Positions 40,701 through 52,159 of a stretch of DNA of 64,000 nt are shown here, one piece after another. The translations under genes were made by a program, and so were the position numbers. Origin of the DNA: Escherichia coli (lineage in GTDB: Bacteria > Pseudomonadota > Gammaproteobacteria > Enterobacterales > Enterobacteriaceae); the NCBI RefSeq assembly GCF_022846255.1, contig NZ_AP025682.1. One strand, 5' to 3'. Under the pieces are notes generated by a model. It saw only the letters and a program-made list of their open reading frames with translations, had not been told where the DNA came from and did no database searches. Positions within the stretch are counted from its first letter, which is position 1. Each line of letters begins with the position of its first letter.

Positions 40701-41653
40701 TGATCGAAGTAAAACACCTGAAAACGCTACAAGCGTTGCGGAACTGCGGCTCACTCGCAGCCGCTGCGGCGACGTTGCATCAAACGCAATCCGCCCTGTC
40801 TCACCAGTTTAGCGATCTGGAACAACGCCTTGGCTTCCGGCTATTTGTGCGTAAGAGCCAGCCGCTACGCTTTACACCGCAGGGAGAAATCCTGTTGCAA
40901 CTGGCAAACCAGGTACTGCCGCAAATTAGCCAGGCACTGCAAGCCTGCAATGAACCGCAGCAGACGCGTCTGCGCATTGCCATAGAGTGCCATAGCTGTA
41001 TTCAGTGGCTGACGCCCGCATTAGAAAGTTTCCATAAGAACTGGCCGCAGGTGGAGATGGATTTTAAATCGGGCGTAACGTTTGATCCGCAGCCTGCGTT
41101 GCAACAGGGCGAGCTGGATCTGGTGATGACGTCCGATATTCTGCCGCGCAGTGGCCTGCATTATTCGCCGATGTTCGACTATGAAGTGCGTCTGGTGTTA
41201 GCACCTGACCATCCACTGGCGGCAAAAACGCGTATTACACCGGAAGATCTCGCCAGCGAAACGCTGTTGATTTATCCGGTGCAGCGTAGCCGACTGGATG
41301 TCTGGAGGCATTTTCTTCAGCCAGCAGGCGTCAGCCCGTCACTGAAAAGCGTCGATAACACCTTATTGTTGATTCAGATGGTTGCCGCACGGATGGGTAT
41401 TGCCGCACTACCGCATTGGGTGGTGGAGAGTTTTGAACGCCAGGGTCTGGTGGTCACCAAAACCCTGGGCGAAGGCTTGTGGAGCCGACTGTACGCCGCC
41501 GTGCGCGATGGCGAGCAGCGTCAGCCGATTACAGAAGCGTTTATTCGTTCAGCGCGCAATCACGCCTGCGATCATCTGCCGTTTGTGAAGAGCGCGGAGC
41601 GACCCACTTACGATGCACCCACAGTGAGGCCAGGATCACCAGCGCGCCTGTAA
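40700..41653 (+). CDS. metR: LysR-family regulator MetR
   Basis: 317-aa [44 protein letters not shown]... Confidence 0.95.
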   Translation: MIEVKHLKTLQALRNCGSLAAAAATLHQTQSALSHQFSDLEQRLGFRLFVRKSQPLRFTPQGEILLQLANQVLPQISQALQACNEPQQTRLRIAIECHSCIQWLTPALESFHKNWPQVEMDFKSGVTFDPQPALQQGELDLVMTSDILPRSGLHYSPMFDYEVRLVLAPDHPLAAKTRITPEDLASETLLIYPVQRSRLDVWRHFLQPAGVSPSLKSVDNTLLLIQMVAARMGIAALPHWVVESFERQGLVVTKTLGEGLWSRLYAAVRDGEQRQPITEAFIRSARNHACDHLPFVKSAERPTYDAPTVRPGSPARL

Positions 41654-42440
41654 TAAACGTTGGCCAGTGCGGCTGTTGGTGCCAGATAGCCAGGTTTACC
41701 AGCAGCCCTGCCGGAACGTGCATATTATTCATAATGCCCAGCGTTCCGGCGTCCACCTGCGTCGCGCCGTAGTTCCACATAAAGTAGCCAATCCCGGAAG
41801 CCACCACGCCAAGAAACACCAGAATGCCCCATTGCAACGTGGTTTGCGGCATTTTCTGCGCATTTCCCAGCAAGAACCATGCAATCACTGCCACCAGGAA
41901 CGCGCCAAGATAGAACCACGCAAAGGCGTTATGCTGCGGCATCGGGCGAGTTTCCATCAGACGTTTGTAACCCACCATGCCGATGGCAAAAGTGATATTG
42001 GAGAGTTGCACCAGCAATAAGCCAGTCCAGAAATGGTCGGTGACCTGATCATAGCGAATAATCCCGGCACCAATCACCGCCAACAAGGCGCTAAAAGCAT
42101 AGCCCCAGCGCAGACGGCGCTTACTCATGATGTCATAAATCAGCGTGATGTAGAGCGGCGTCAGTACGGTGAACAGCAACAGTTCGGAGACCGTCAGGTA
42201 GAGATAGGCGCGGAAACTCAGCATATACATCACACCGAGCTGCATCGCGCCCACCAGCATACACAGGCCAACCGTTTTCAGGCTATTGCCACGGGTGCGC
42301 AGAAACGGCAGAAAAACGAGTGCCGCCAGACCAACGCGCACCAGCACCGCAAAATAGCTATCGACGTGCCCCGCAAGGTACTCGCCATAAAAGCTAAAGG
42401 AGAAGGCCCACAGAATCGTGGTGATGATAAGTAGCGCCAC
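41541..42440 (-). CDS. yigM: DMT-family inner membrane transporter YigM (biotin transporter BioP)
   Basis: ORF track gives 324 aa from an upstream ATG; 299-aa product assumed from an internal GTG ([17 protein letters not shown]). Start uncertain. Confidence 0.8.
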   Translation of the reverse strand: MALLIITTILWAFSFSFYGEYLAGHVDSYFAVLVRVGLAALVFLPFLRTRGNSLKTVGLCMLVGAMQLGVMYMLSFRAYLYLTVSELLLFTVLTPLYITLIYDIMSKRRLRWGYAFSALLAVIGAGIIRYDQVTDHFWTGLLLVQLSNITFAIGMVGYKRLMETRPMPQHNAFAWFYLGAFLVAVIAWFLLGNAQKMPQTTLQWGILVFLGVVASGIGYFMWNYGATQVDAGTLGIMNNMHVPAGLLVNLAIWHQQPHWPTFITGALVILASLWVHRKWVAPRSSQTADDRRRDCALNE

Positions 42441-42515
42441 AATGGAAAACTCTTTGATTAACGAGTATCCATTGTAGCGAAGTATCAGGTTGACAACTGA
42501 CCAAATAAAGAACAA

Positions 42516-43316
42516 TTACGATAAATAGAGCTTACGCAGATAATGCGGCACTGCGTCTTCGGCGTTAGTACCAATCACTTCCAGCTCTGGATGCAGATCT
42601 TTCAGCCGTTGATGCGCGCTGCCCATAATGCAGCCTTTCCCCGCCATCGACAGCATTTCGGCATCGTTCATTCCATCGCCAAAGGCAATACAATCTTGCA
42701 GGCTGTAGCCCAGTTTCTTCGCCACCGCTTCCAGCGCATGGCCTTTTGAAACGCCGCCCGCCATCACTTCCAGGCAGGTTAAGGTAGAGAAACTGACATT
42801 GACGCGATCTCCCCAGCGAGCGTTAATCGCCTGCTCCAGTGGCAGAAGTTTTTCATGGGAATCGCAGGTGAAGAACACTTTGCTGACGCCTTCCGGCTCC
42901 AGCAATCCCGGCTCATACAGCGCATATTTGAACACCGCTTCTTTAAAAAAGCGCATCTCTTCCGGGCGATGGCGATTCATAAACCATTCGTCGTCGCGAT
43001 AAACGTTAGTAATGATGTCCGGATTGTCGTTGACTACGCCAAACAGGTCACTGGCAATGTCGCGATCCAGGTTATGAGCAAAAATCAGGTTGCCATCGAG
43101 GTCGTGAACGCGCGCGCCATTGGAGGTAATCATGTAAGACTTAATCTCCAGATTATCGCGAATTTGCCCCACATCAACGTGGTGACGACCGGTCGCAAAC
43201 ACAAAGTTGATGCCGCGCGCGGTGAGCAGCTTCAGAGTTTCTTTGGCGTAAGGGGATAACGTATGGTCGGGAGAAAGTAACGTGCCATCTAAATCAGACG
43301 CAACAACCTGGTACAT
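42516..43316 (-). CDS. yigL: HAD-family sugar/pyridoxal phosphate phosphatase YigL
   Basis: 266-aa product from MYQVVASDLDGTLL (HAD motif I); ORF track starts 42 codons upstream. Confidence 0.9.
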   Translation of the reverse strand: MYQVVASDLDGTLLSPDHTLSPYAKETLKLLTARGINFVFATGRHHVDVGQIRDNLEIKSYMITSNGARVHDLDGNLIFAHNLDRDIASDLFGVVNDNPDIITNVYRDDEWFMNRHRPEEMRFFKEAVFKYALYEPGLLEPEGVSKVFFTCDSHEKLLPLEQAINARWGDRVNVSFSTLTCLEVMAGGVSKGHALEAVAKKLGYSLQDCIAFGDGMNDAEMLSMAGKGCIMGSAHQRLKDLHPELEVIGTNAEDAVPHYLRKLYLS

Positions 43317-43323
43317 AAGAAAT

Positions 43324-44346
43324 TTAAACCTCTGTAGAGCGGTTTCCGCTGGGTGAGTTATGCCTGTTGAAAAAATCAACGATAGCGTGGAGCGCGACTG
43401 AGCGCATTGCGTCCTTTTCAAAAAGGATCTCATGGTACGCACCTTTAATTACCAACGGCCGTCCTCCTTCGACAGGATGGCCCGCAGCGGTGCGTAGTTC
43501 ACAAAAACGGTCGTGCATGCGGTTATCCACCACGCGTTCCTCTTCAGCTTGTAAGAGAAGCGTTGGCGTGGCGTCATCACCCGCACCGGCTAACACCTGT
43601 TCGCCAGCCAGAATACTTTCGCGTACCCAATGGTAGGTCGGCCCACCGACGCGAATCGTTGGGTCATCAGCATAGAAACGTAAGTTACGTCGATATCGCT
43701 GTCTGCTGTGGGTCAGTACGTTGATAGCAAACGGCAACGCGCGCCAGCGCCCGGTGCCTATCGCATAGCCATCACGGAAACGTGGATGCGCTTCGGCCCA
43801 GTTAAGGATCTGCCGTGCCATAAATGACGGCATACGAATCACAATCCCAAACATTGGCGCAGTTAGCGCAATGGCGTCACATACACCTGGATGGCGTTGC
43901 AGAAATAATGTGGAGATCGCACCGCCCATCGAATGTGCCAGTATATAGCGTTTACGCCACGGACCGGGCTGAACCTCCTGTTGCCAGAATGCCGCCAGAT
44001 CATCAACATAATCATTAAAGCGATTAACATGCCCGAGATGTGGATCGGCTAACAGGCGACCGGAACGTCCCTGCCCGCGATGGTCGATGATTAAAACATC
44101 AAACCCCAAATGGAACAGGTCGTAGGCCAGTTCCGCATATTTTACGTAGCTCTCAATACGCCCCGGACAGATGACTACCACCCGGTCATGGTGCTGTGCG
44201 CGAAAACGGACAAAGCGAACCGGAATGTCATCCACACCAGTAAATTCTGCTTCATCACGCTGACGCCAGAAATCAGTCAGCGGTCCCATGGTAAAAGCAG
44301 CAAACGCGTTTTCTCTTGTTTCCCAGTCTTTTTGCTGCTGAAACAT
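43324..44346 (-). CDS. pldB: lysophospholipase L2
   Basis: 340-aa alpha/beta hydrolase with GHSMGG nucleophile motif. Confidence 0.93.
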   Translation of the reverse strand: MFQQQKDWETRENAFAAFTMGPLTDFWRQRDEAEFTGVDDIPVRFVRFRAQHHDRVVVICPGRIESYVKYAELAYDLFHLGFDVLIIDHRGQGRSGRLLADPHLGHVNRFNDYVDDLAAFWQQEVQPGPWRKRYILAHSMGGAISTLFLQRHPGVCDAIALTAPMFGIVIRMPSFMARQILNWAEAHPRFRDGYAIGTGRWRALPFAINVLTHSRQRYRRNLRFYADDPTIRVGGPTYHWVRESILAGEQVLAGAGDDATPTLLLQAEEERVVDNRMHDRFCELRTAAGHPVEGGRPLVIKGAYHEILFEKDAMRSVALHAIVDFFNRHNSPSGNRSTEV

Positions 44347-44456
44347 CGGGTAATCTGCCTCTTAAACCACGTAAAATCGTTTTTTTAAGCGTGCCTGACA
44401 CAACGCTGCGACAGTAGCGTATTGTGGCACAAAAATAGACACACCGGGAGTTCATC

Positions 44457-45077
44457 ATGACCTTAGAATGGTGGTTTGCCTACCTGCTGACATCGATCAT
44501 TTTAAGCCTGTCGCCAGGCTCTGGCGCAATCAACACCATGACCACCTCGCTCAACCACGGTTATCGCGGCGCGGTGGCGTCTATTGCTGGGCTTCAGACC
44601 GGACTGGCGATTCATATTGTGCTGGTTGGCGTGGGGTTGGGGACGCTATTTTCCCGCTCAGTGATTGCGTTTGAAGTGTTGAAGTGGGCAGGCGCAGCTT
44701 ACTTGATTTGGCTGGGAATACAGCAATGGCGCGCCGCTGGCGCAATTGATCTTAAATCGCTGGCCTCTACTCAATCGCGCCGACATTTGTTCCAGCGCGC
44801 AGTTTTTGTGAATCTCACCAATCCCAAAAGTATTGTGTTTCTGGCGGCGCTATTTCCGCAATTCATCATGCCGCAACAGCCGCAGCTGATGCAGTATATC
44901 GTGCTCGGCGTCACCACTATTGTGGTCGATATTATTGTGATGATCGGTTACGCCACCCTTGCTCAACGGATTGCTCTATGGATTAAAGGACCAAAGCAGA
45001 TGAAGGCGCTGAATAAGATTTTCGGCTCGTTATTTATGCTGGTGGGAGCGCTGTTAGCATCGGCGAGGCATGCTTAA
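44457..45077 (+). CDS. rhtB: homoserine/homoserine lactone efflux protein (LysE/RhtB family)
   Basis: 206-aa membrane [30 protein letters not shown]... Confidence 0.93.
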
Positions 45078-45235
45078 AACTGGAATAAAGCTCACGTAAA
45101 TTAATGTGCCTCGAGAGATTGTTACATCCGCGCTCGAGGCATCTCGTAATAAGCGTAATCTGTTAATTTATTTACTATTTACTTCTCTTTGTTAGTGCCA
45201 GAATGCCGCCATATTTCACCCACGGATGATGAAAA

Positions 45236-46096
45236 ATGACGGAAGCAACGACACCACATGACGCAATCTTTAAGGCTTTTTTATCCCGACCAGAAACGGC
45301 CCGTGACTTTATTGAAATTCATCTGCCGCCTTCTTTAGTTAAACTCTGCAATCTTGATACGCTCCATCTCGAGTCCAGCAGTTTTGTAGAGGAAAACCTA
45401 CGCCAGTATTACAACGACGTACTTTATTCAGTAGAGACGACGAAAGGGTGCGGATATATCTATGTGTTGATTGAGCATCAAAGTTCACCTGATGAAAATA
45501 TGGCGTTCCGTATGCTTCGCTATGCTATTGCCACCATGCAGCGGCATCTTGAAGCGGGACATGATTATCTGCCTCTGGTGATCCCCATTCTTTTTTACCA
45601 GGGAAAGCGTAGCCCATATCCATGGTCAACAAACTGGCTCGATGGTTTTCCGGATCCGGACATTGCACGCGATCTCTATTTCCATGCTTTTCCGCTGGTT
45701 GATATTACGCTAATTCCTGATGACGAAATCATGCAACACCGCAGCATGGCCGCCTTTACGCTGGTACAGAAGCATATCCGTCAACGGGATATGACAACGC
45801 TGTTAGATAAGTTATCCCGCTTAATGATTCTGGGGCAGATGAGCGGACAGCAAATACGCATGTTGATAAACTACATGGCGCTGGTAGGTGAAGCACAGGA
45901 TGTACGAACATTAGTACATGGTCTGGCACAACGAGTGCCTCAACAAGGAGAGGAACTGATGACTTTAGCGGAAGAACTTCGGCGCGATGCCCTTCTCAAT
46001 GTCGCAAAAGCAATGCTACAGCGTGGCTTTGATTTGCAGTTGATTATGGAAATGACCGGGCTTTCTCAGGAAGACCTTTATCAATTGCAATCCTGA
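45236..46096 (+). CDS. Rpn/YhgA-like recombination-promoting nuclease (PD-(D/E)XK, transposase_31 family)
   Basis: 286 aa; N-terminal HDAIFKAFLS...ARDFIEIHLP and D/E-rich core (YNDVLYSVET...YVLIEHQSSPDENMAFRMLRY) typical of Rpn/YhgA proteins; lies between rhtB and rhtC, where K-12 has none as I recall. Confidence 0.8.
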   Translation: MTEATTPHDAIFKAFLSRPETARDFIEIHLPPSLVKLCNLDTLHLESSSFVEENLRQYYNDVLYSVETTKGCGYIYVLIEHQSSPDENMAFRMLRYAIATMQRHLEAGHDYLPLVIPILFYQGKRSPYPWSTNWLDGFPDPDIARDLYFHAFPLVDITLIPDDEIMQHRSMAAFTLVQKHIRQRDMTTLLDKLSRLMILGQMSGQQIRMLINYMALVGEAQDVRTLVHGLAQRVPQQGEELMTLAEELRRDALLNVAKAMLQRGFDLQLIMEMTGLSQEDLYQLQS

Positions 46097-46132
46097 TGTT
46101 ATTCCCCCTGATAGCGTATCAGGGGGAAGTGC

Positions 46133-46753
46133 TTAACGCGAAATAATCAAATGAATGCCAAATCCGGCAAATAACGCCCCGGCAAAACCATCAATCCACT
46201 TCGCCAGACGCTGATAACCACGGCGCATTTGCGGCAGGGCAAACAGGCTGGCAACGACGGTAAACCACGCCAGTGTTTCGACAATAATCAACGCGAAAAT
46301 GCCCCAGCGTTCGGTGGTGCCAACGTTATCGCCGACAAACAGCGAGAATACCGAACCAAAGTAGATAATCGCTTTCGGATTGGCGAGATTGGTCAGTAAG
46401 CCTTTCAGGAAACTGCGCCCGCTTTTTGCCAGCTCAACCTGTGGTGCAGGCGCAGAAACCGCCTCTTTTTTCAGTGCACCGCGTAGCATCTGGTAACCCA
46501 TCCAGCAGAGATACAGGCCACCGCCCACCATAATCAGCGTATGCAGCCAGGCCATTTTTTCGATAATCAAATGCAGGCCAAGCAACGCAATCCCAGCCCA
46601 AACCATTACGCCGCAGGTAATGCCCAGCACGCCCATCATCGCTTCTTTACGGGAACGACTGACAGCGGTCTGAGAGACAAAAAAGAAATCGGGACCGGGG
46701 CTCATAAGCGCCACAATGTGCACCATGGCGACGGTGAGGAATAACATCAACAT
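46133..46753 (-). CDS. rhtC: threonine efflux protein (LysE/RhtB family)
   Basis: 206-aa membrane ORF MLMLFLTVAMVHIVALMSPGPDFFFV... Confidence 0.93.
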   Translation of the reverse strand: MLMLFLTVAMVHIVALMSPGPDFFFVSQTAVSRSRKEAMMGVLGITCGVMVWAGIALLGLHLIIEKMAWLHTLIMVGGGLYLCWMGYQMLRGALKKEAVSAPAPQVELAKSGRSFLKGLLTNLANPKAIIYFGSVFSLFVGDNVGTTERWGIFALIIVETLAWFTVVASLFALPQMRRGYQRLAKWIDGFAGALFAGFGIHLIISR

Positions 46754-46816
46754 ACATTAGACTCGCGGGGGAAACGTTTACGGAGTCTTCATCCTGGCAC
46801 TTTTTTATCCTGCTGA

Positions 46817-48646
46817 CTACTCTTCGTCATCGCCATCGACATGCGCACGAATCAGCGCCATAAACGGTTTGCCAAAGCGTTCCAGCTTGCGCATCCCAAC
46901 GCCGTTAACGCTGAGCATTTCGCTGGCAGTGATCGGCATCTGTTCCGCCATCTCAATCAAGGTTGCGTCGTTAAATACCACGTACGGCGGGACATTGCTT
47001 TCATCGGCAATCGATTTACGCAGTTTGCGTAATTTGGCGAACAGTTTGCGATCATAGTTGCCGCCGAACGATTTCTGCATCGCTTTCGGTTTGAGCGCCA
47101 CGATACGCGGCACGGCAAGTTGCAAAGAGGATTCGCCGCGCAGCACCGGACGCGCAGCCTCTGTCAGTTGTAGGGCAGAATGCTGGGCAATATTTTGCGT
47201 CACCAGGCCGAGGTGAATCAGCTGGCGGATCACGCTCACCCAATGTTCATGGCTTTTATCACGGCCCATGCCATAGACTTTCAGTTTGTCATGACCATAG
47301 TCGCGGATACGCTGGTTATTAGCGCCACGAATCACTTCCACCACATAACCCATCCCAAACCGCTGATTCACCCGACCAATGGTGGAAAGGGCAATCTGAG
47401 CATCGGTTGAACCATCGTATTGTTTCGGCGGATCGAGGCAGATATCGCAGTTCCCGCACGGCTCCTGCCGCCCTTCGCCAAAGTAGTTCAGCAGCACCAG
47501 ACGACGGCAAGTTTGCGCTTCGGCAAACGCGCCCATCGCATTGAGTTTATGGCGCTCGATATCCTGCAATTGCCCCTGCGGCTTCTCTTCCAGACAACGG
47601 CGTAGCCACGCCATATCGGCCGGATCGTAAAACAGCATCGCTTCCGCGGGCAGGCCATCACGCCCGGCGCGTCCAGTTTCCTGATAATAGGATTCGATAT
47701 TGCGCGGAATATCAAAGTGGACCACGAAGCGGACGTTAGGCTTGTTGATGCCCATGCCAAACGCCACGGTCGCCACCACAATTTGCAGGTCATCGCGCTG
47801 GAATTTTTCCTGCACATCGGCGCGAACATTATTTTCCAGCCCGGCATGATAGGCCGCCGCGCTAATTCCCTTGCTTTGCAGGCGCGCAGCGGTGTCTTCT
47901 ACTTTCGCGCGGCTGTTGCAGTAGATAATGCCTGACTTACCGCGCTGTTCCTGCACGTAGCGCATCAACTGATCGAGCGGTTTGAATTTCTCCATCAGCA
48001 TGTAGCGAATGTTCGGACGGTCAAAACTGCTAATTTGAATCAGCGGATCGTTCAGCCCCAGCAGGCGCACGATATCCTGCCGCGTGGTGTCGTCGGCGGT
48101 GGCAGTCAGCGCCATAAACGGCAGCGTCGGAAAACGCTGACGCAGCTGACCGAGGGCAGCGTATTCCGGGCGGAAATCGTGCCCCCATTGGGAGATACAG
48201 TGCGCTTCATCAACGGCTAATAACACCGGATTCCAGTGCGCCAGATGCTCAAGGAAGTTATCCAGCATCAGGCGTTCCGGCGCGATATACAGCAGGCGGA
48301 TTTGCCCGGTGCGACAGCCTGTCATCACGTCAAGTTGCTGCTCGCGGGTTTGCGTCGAGTTAAGGCACGCCGCCGCCACGCCGTTGGCTTGCAGTTGATC
48401 CACCTGATCTTTCATCAACGAAATCAGCGGTGAGACAACCACGGTAAGGCCGTTTAGCAATAAGGCAGGGATTTGATAGCAAAGGGATTTTCCGCCACCA
48501 GTGGGCATGACGACCAGGCAATCGCGACCGGAAAGTACGGTGTCGATAATCTCTTCCTGGCCGGGGCGAAACTGTTGGTAGCCAAAGGTTTCTTGTAAAA
48601 CCTGTTTAGCCCCGGACTCCAGATTCAACACTTCCGCCTGCGCCAC
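46817..48646 (-). CDS. recQ: ATP-dependent DNA helicase RecQ
   Basis: ORF track gives 611 aa; 609-aa product assumed from a GTG start ([30 protein letters not shown]...). Confidence 0.94.
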   Translation of the reverse strand: MAQAEVLNLESGAKQVLQETFGYQQFRPGQEEIIDTVLSGRDCLVVMPTGGGKSLCYQIPALLLNGLTVVVSPLISLMKDQVDQLQANGVAAACLNSTQTREQQLDVMTGCRTGQIRLLYIAPERLMLDNFLEHLAHWNPVLLAVDEAHCISQWGHDFRPEYAALGQLRQRFPTLPFMALTATADDTTRQDIVRLLGLNDPLIQISSFDRPNIRYMLMEKFKPLDQLMRYVQEQRGKSGIIYCNSRAKVEDTAARLQSKGISAAAYHAGLENNVRADVQEKFQRDDLQIVVATVAFGMGINKPNVRFVVHFDIPRNIESYYQETGRAGRDGLPAEAMLFYDPADMAWLRRCLEEKPQGQLQDIERHKLNAMGAFAEAQTCRRLVLLNYFGEGRQEPCGNCDICLDPPKQYDGSTDAQIALSTIGRVNQRFGMGYVVEVIRGANNQRIRDYGHDKLKVYGMGRDKSHEHWVSVIRQLIHLGLVTQNIAQHSALQLTEAARPVLRGESSLQLAVPRIVALKPKAMQKSFGGNYDRKLFAKLRKLRKSIADESNVPPYVVFNDATLIEMAEQMPITASEMLSVNGVGMRKLERFGKPFMALIRAHVDGDDEE

Positions 48647-48662
48647 ATTCACCCCGATTGCC

Positions 48663-48695
48663 TGAAATAAAAACAGGCGCTATTTTCAGCGCCTG
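48663..48695 (-). terminator. rho-independent terminator of pldA
   Basis: CAGGCGCT-GAAAAT-AGCGCCTG stem (minus-strand reading) followed by TTTTTATTT. Confidence 0.75.
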
Positions 48696-48770
48696 CGCGA
48701 GAAACTGCAATGCTTTTAGTCTCTGAGAGGGTAATCCTGGATGCTGGATTCCAGATTTGCCAACCATTCA

Positions 48771-49640
48771 TCAAAACAGGTCGTTTAGCATAACTCCCAC
48801 ACCAACGCGGGTCTGGTTGAAGTTATAGTCGATGAGCGATTCGCCGTAACCACTGTAAACCTGAGTATAAAGGCGCACATGTTTGGTGATCGGGTAACTT
48901 AAGCCTAACTCCGCACCACCGTAACCGGTGTTCCAGTTGTACTGCCCTTTCGCGCTCAGTACCGCATCACCGAGGTGATAGCCGATTTTAAGCTGGTAAT
49001 AGCCCATATATTTGGTGATATCCGGGTTATCGTCAGTATTACCCACCACATACCACGGCTTCACCTCTACCAGCCAGTTACCGTTTTCTGCCATCAGGCG
49101 GGTATAAAGGCGGTTCCAGCTGCGGGAAGTCGGGTCAGAACGCCCGTTTGAGTCGTGGTTGTAGCCCATTTCCACATCGCGCAGCGTCCAGCCAGCAAAG
49201 TTGTAATCCGTGGCAAAACCGAGGAACAATTGCGGTTCGTAGTTGGTTTCACGAAACGGTGAAGACTCTTCGCTATTGGACAGTTGCCACCAGGATTTTT
49301 GCGTGTAAGACGCACCCAATACCGAGTTCGGGCCTAAAATCCCACGCCACAGCGGAAATGCCAGGCTCAACTGAAACTTTACTTCATCCTTACGCGCATT
49401 TTCCGCCCAGTCGTAACTGGCAATCGCTTCTTTATTCAGATCGCTGGTTTGGGTGTAGATGATGTAGTTGGTGTCATAAGGATAAAGGGTGAACGGATTG
49501 TCATGCTCCTGCAGCATATTCGCAATAATACTGCCACGCACCGCAGGCGCGTCATGCACCTCTTTTACCGTTGCCTCTTGCGCATACACTGCCATTGGCA
49601 ACATAAACACCGGCAACAACCAGCCCTGCAGAGTCCGCAT
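48771..49640 (-). CDS. pldA: outer membrane phospholipase A (OMPLA)
   Basis: 289-aa ORF with signal peptide and C-terminal F of a beta-barrel. Confidence 0.94.
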   Translation of the reverse strand: MRTLQGWLLPVFMLPMAVYAQEATVKEVHDAPAVRGSIIANMLQEHDNPFTLYPYDTNYIIYTQTSDLNKEAIASYDWAENARKDEVKFQLSLAFPLWRGILGPNSVLGASYTQKSWWQLSNSEESSPFRETNYEPQLFLGFATDYNFAGWTLRDVEMGYNHDSNGRSDPTSRSWNRLYTRLMAENGNWLVEVKPWYVVGNTDDNPDITKYMGYYQLKIGYHLGDAVLSAKGQYNWNTGYGGAELGLSYPITKHVRLYTQVYSGYGESLIDYNFNQTRVGVGVMLNDLF

Positions 49641-49786
49641 CGGTCGTGTTCTCCGTAACGAATTATTGATTAGATGAATATTTTTCTGCGGGCTATTTTA
49701 CATACTTAACTCCTTTGCCGTTAGTTATCCCTTCCTAAAGTAGAAAACCACAATTAAGAAGCATAAAATCAACATTTCATTAACCA

Positions 49787-50272
49787 ATGAGGTGTAAGGA
49801 TGATATGTCTGCCGTACTGACCGCTGAACAAGCCCTGAAATTAGTGGGTGAGATGTTTGTTTATCACATGCCATTTAACCGCGCATTGGGGATGGAACTG
49901 GAGCGTTACGAAAAAGAGTTCGCACAGCTGGCCTTTAAAAATCAGCCAATGATGGTGGGTAACTGGGCGCAAAGCATTTTGCACGGCGGGGTCATTGCGT
50001 CGGCGCTGGATGTCGCCGCAGGTCTGGTGTGCGTGGGAAGTACCTTAACCCGCCACGAAACCATCAGTGAAGATGAACTACGCCAGCGGCTATCGCGGAT
50101 GGGGACCATTGATCTTCGCGTCGATTATCTGCGCCCAGGCAGGGGCGAGCGTTTTACTGCTACCAGTAGCCTGTTGCGGGCAGGCAATAAAGTCGCCGTC
50201 GCCCGCGTTGAATTACACAATGAAGAACAGCTTTATATTGCCAGCGCTACCGCCACCTATATGGTAGGTTGA
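49787..50272 (+). CDS. yigI: hotdog-fold acyl-CoA thioesterase YigI
   Basis: 161-aa ORF; start may lie a few codons downstream. Confidence 0.85.
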   Translation: MRCKDDMSAVLTAEQALKLVGEMFVYHMPFNRALGMELERYEKEFAQLAFKNQPMMVGNWAQSILHGGVIASALDVAAGLVCVGSTLTRHETISEDELRQRLSRMGTIDLRVDYLRPGRGERFTATSSLLRAGNKVAVARVELHNEEQLYIASATATYMVG

Positions 50273-50323
50273 TAACGTAAAAGCAGGTAAACTGCTGTTA
50301 CCAATTAAAAATGAGTATTCCCG

Positions 50324-51211
50324 ATGGATGCAAAACAAACGCGGCAAGGCGTATTACTCGCTCTTGCCGCTTATTTTATTTGGGGTATTGCGCCAGCGTA
50401 CTTCAAGCTGATTTACTACGTGCCCGCCGATGAGATCCTGACGCATCGCGTGATCTGGTCGTTTTTCTTTATGGTGGTGCTGATGAGCATCTGCCGCCAG
50501 TGGTCCTATTTAAAAACGCTGATTCAGACGCCACAGAAAATTTTTATGCTGGCAGTCTCTGCCGTGCTGATTGGTGGCAACTGGCTACTGTTTATCTGGG
50601 CGGTGAACAATCACCATATGCTGGAAGCGAGTCTTGGTTACTTTATTAACCCGCTGGTGAACATTGTGCTGGGGATGATTTTCCTCGGCGAGCGATTCCG
50701 CCGGATGCAATGGCTGGCGGTGATTCTGGCGATATGTGGAGTGCTGGTTCAGTTGTGGACTTTTGGTTCACTGCCGATCATCGCGCTGGGGCTGGCGTTT
50801 AGTTTTGCTTTCTATGGCCTGGTGCGCAAGAAGATTGCTGTTGAAGCGCAAACCGGCATGTTAATCGAAACTATGTGGTTGCTGCCCGTGGCGGCGATTT
50901 ACCTGTTTGCTATTGCCGACAGCTCAACCAGTCATATGGGGCAAAACCCGATGTCGCTGAATTTACTGCTGATCGCCGCCGGTATTGTCACTACCGTACC
51001 GCTGTTGTGTTTTACTGCGGCTGCGACACGCCTGCGTCTCTCAACGTTAGGCTTTTTTCAGTACATTGGCCCGACGCTGATGTTCCTGCTGGCTGTGACG
51101 TTTTATGGTGAAAAACCGGGTGCCGATAAGATGGTGACCTTCGCCTTTATTTGGGTGGCGCTGGCAATTTTTGTGATGGATGCGATTTATACGCAGCGTA
51201 GAAAAAGTTAA
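50324..51211 (+). CDS. rarD: DMT-superfamily transporter RarD
   Basis: 295-aa 10-TM ORF. Confidence 0.92.
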   Translation: MDAKQTRQGVLLALAAYFIWGIAPAYFKLIYYVPADEILTHRVIWSFFFMVVLMSICRQWSYLKTLIQTPQKIFMLAVSAVLIGGNWLLFIWAVNNHHMLEASLGYFINPLVNIVLGMIFLGERFRRMQWLAVILAICGVLVQLWTFGSLPIIALGLAFSFAFYGLVRKKIAVEAQTGMLIETMWLLPVAAIYLFAIADSSTSHMGQNPMSLNLLLIAAGIVTTVPLLCFTAAATRLRLSTLGFFQYIGPTLMFLLAVTFYGEKPGADKMVTFAFIWVALAIFVMDAIYTQRRKS

Positions 51212-51257
51212 GCATTAACATGGGTAGGCCGTTTAAAGAGCCTACCCACTGACTTAT

Positions 51258-51575
51258 TTATCTTTTTTTGAAAAAAATTAAGATAAGAAAAAGAACAATA
51301 TTTGTTACAGGAAATACCCCCAAAGCTCCCCAGTACTTACTCCATCCTAGAGACATCGTATATCTACCAAGGATTTGACAAAATCCAAAACTTAACCCTA
51401 TACCTATACTTCTTAAATTTAATGTCGTAGTCAGGCTTAAAATAAATAGAACAAGGATGGTAATAGCCCACCACAATAACCACGCCTTAACAAAATCAGA
51501 TTTTTTGCTGTAAGGTTCTTTACCCAAGAACAACTGCCAAAAGTTACTATTTTCCATATAGAATACATTCACCAA
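51258..51575 (-). CDS. hypothetical small hydrophobic protein in AT-rich DNA (possibly spurious)
   Basis: 105-aa ORF; composition K/N/I/F/L-rich as expected from the AT-rich sequence; no recognisable family. Confidence 0.3.
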   Translation of the reverse strand: MVNVFYMENSNFWQLFLGKEPYSKKSDFVKAWLLWWAITILVLFILSLTTTLNLRSIGIGLSFGFCQILGRYTMSLGWSKYWGALGVFPVTNIVLFLILIFFKKR

Positions 51576-51772
51576 AAATATTATTCATAGAAACAAATAT
51601 TATTTAATTATATTTAATTAAATATAGTTCCCCTCAATAAAAACTTATACACTCTAAATTACTACTGTATAGTTATCAATACAAAGGCTGTCATATTGCA
51701 TGGATATAACAAGCTATATGTTCTAAATAATGTATATACACTTAAACCAATCATATACAAAACAATATAAAA

Positions 51773-52159
51773 ATGTTTAAATCATCTATTAGAAATATAT
51801 TATACCCATCCAGGCTTAAGCATTTATCACGTTTGCAGTTTATAATCTACACATTAACATCATGGACAATATTAATAACTTTGAATGATATCAACCTGGC
51901 TTTGAGTTTCATTCTGGTCATCACTAATACGTATGTGAATATCAATATCGGAGCTAAAAGAATAAGAGATACTGGATGTAAGGCAATCTATTTTGTATTG
52001 ATTTCATTGGGTTTGACACTTTTTTCTATTATCTCGGCAGTAATTGAAGGGGTGAGATGTGATTCATTAAGCGTCCAACTCAACGTAGCATGGATATTAT
52101 TCACAACAATTATGTTATCTGCGATTCCCTCGGCTAAAATGTCGCTGTCAGCACACTAA
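51773..52159 (+). CDS. small inner membrane protein, YigF-like by position
   Basis: 128-aa ORF with two or three hydrophobic segments, convergent with corA as yigF is in K-12; sequence identity not verified. Confidence 0.55.
   Translation: MFKSSIRNILYPSRLKHLSRLQFIIYTLTSWTILITLNDINLALSFILVITNTYVNINIGAKRIRDTGCKAIYFVLISLGLTLFSIISAVIEGVRCDSLSVQLNVAWILFTTIMLSAIPSAKMSLSAH

Noticed and set aside
51590-51640. Short AT-rich direct repeats that might be read as a CRISPR-like array
   Set aside because: Only two or three very short, imperfect, AT-only repeats with no regular spacers and no cas genes nearby; low-complexity DNA, not CRISPR.
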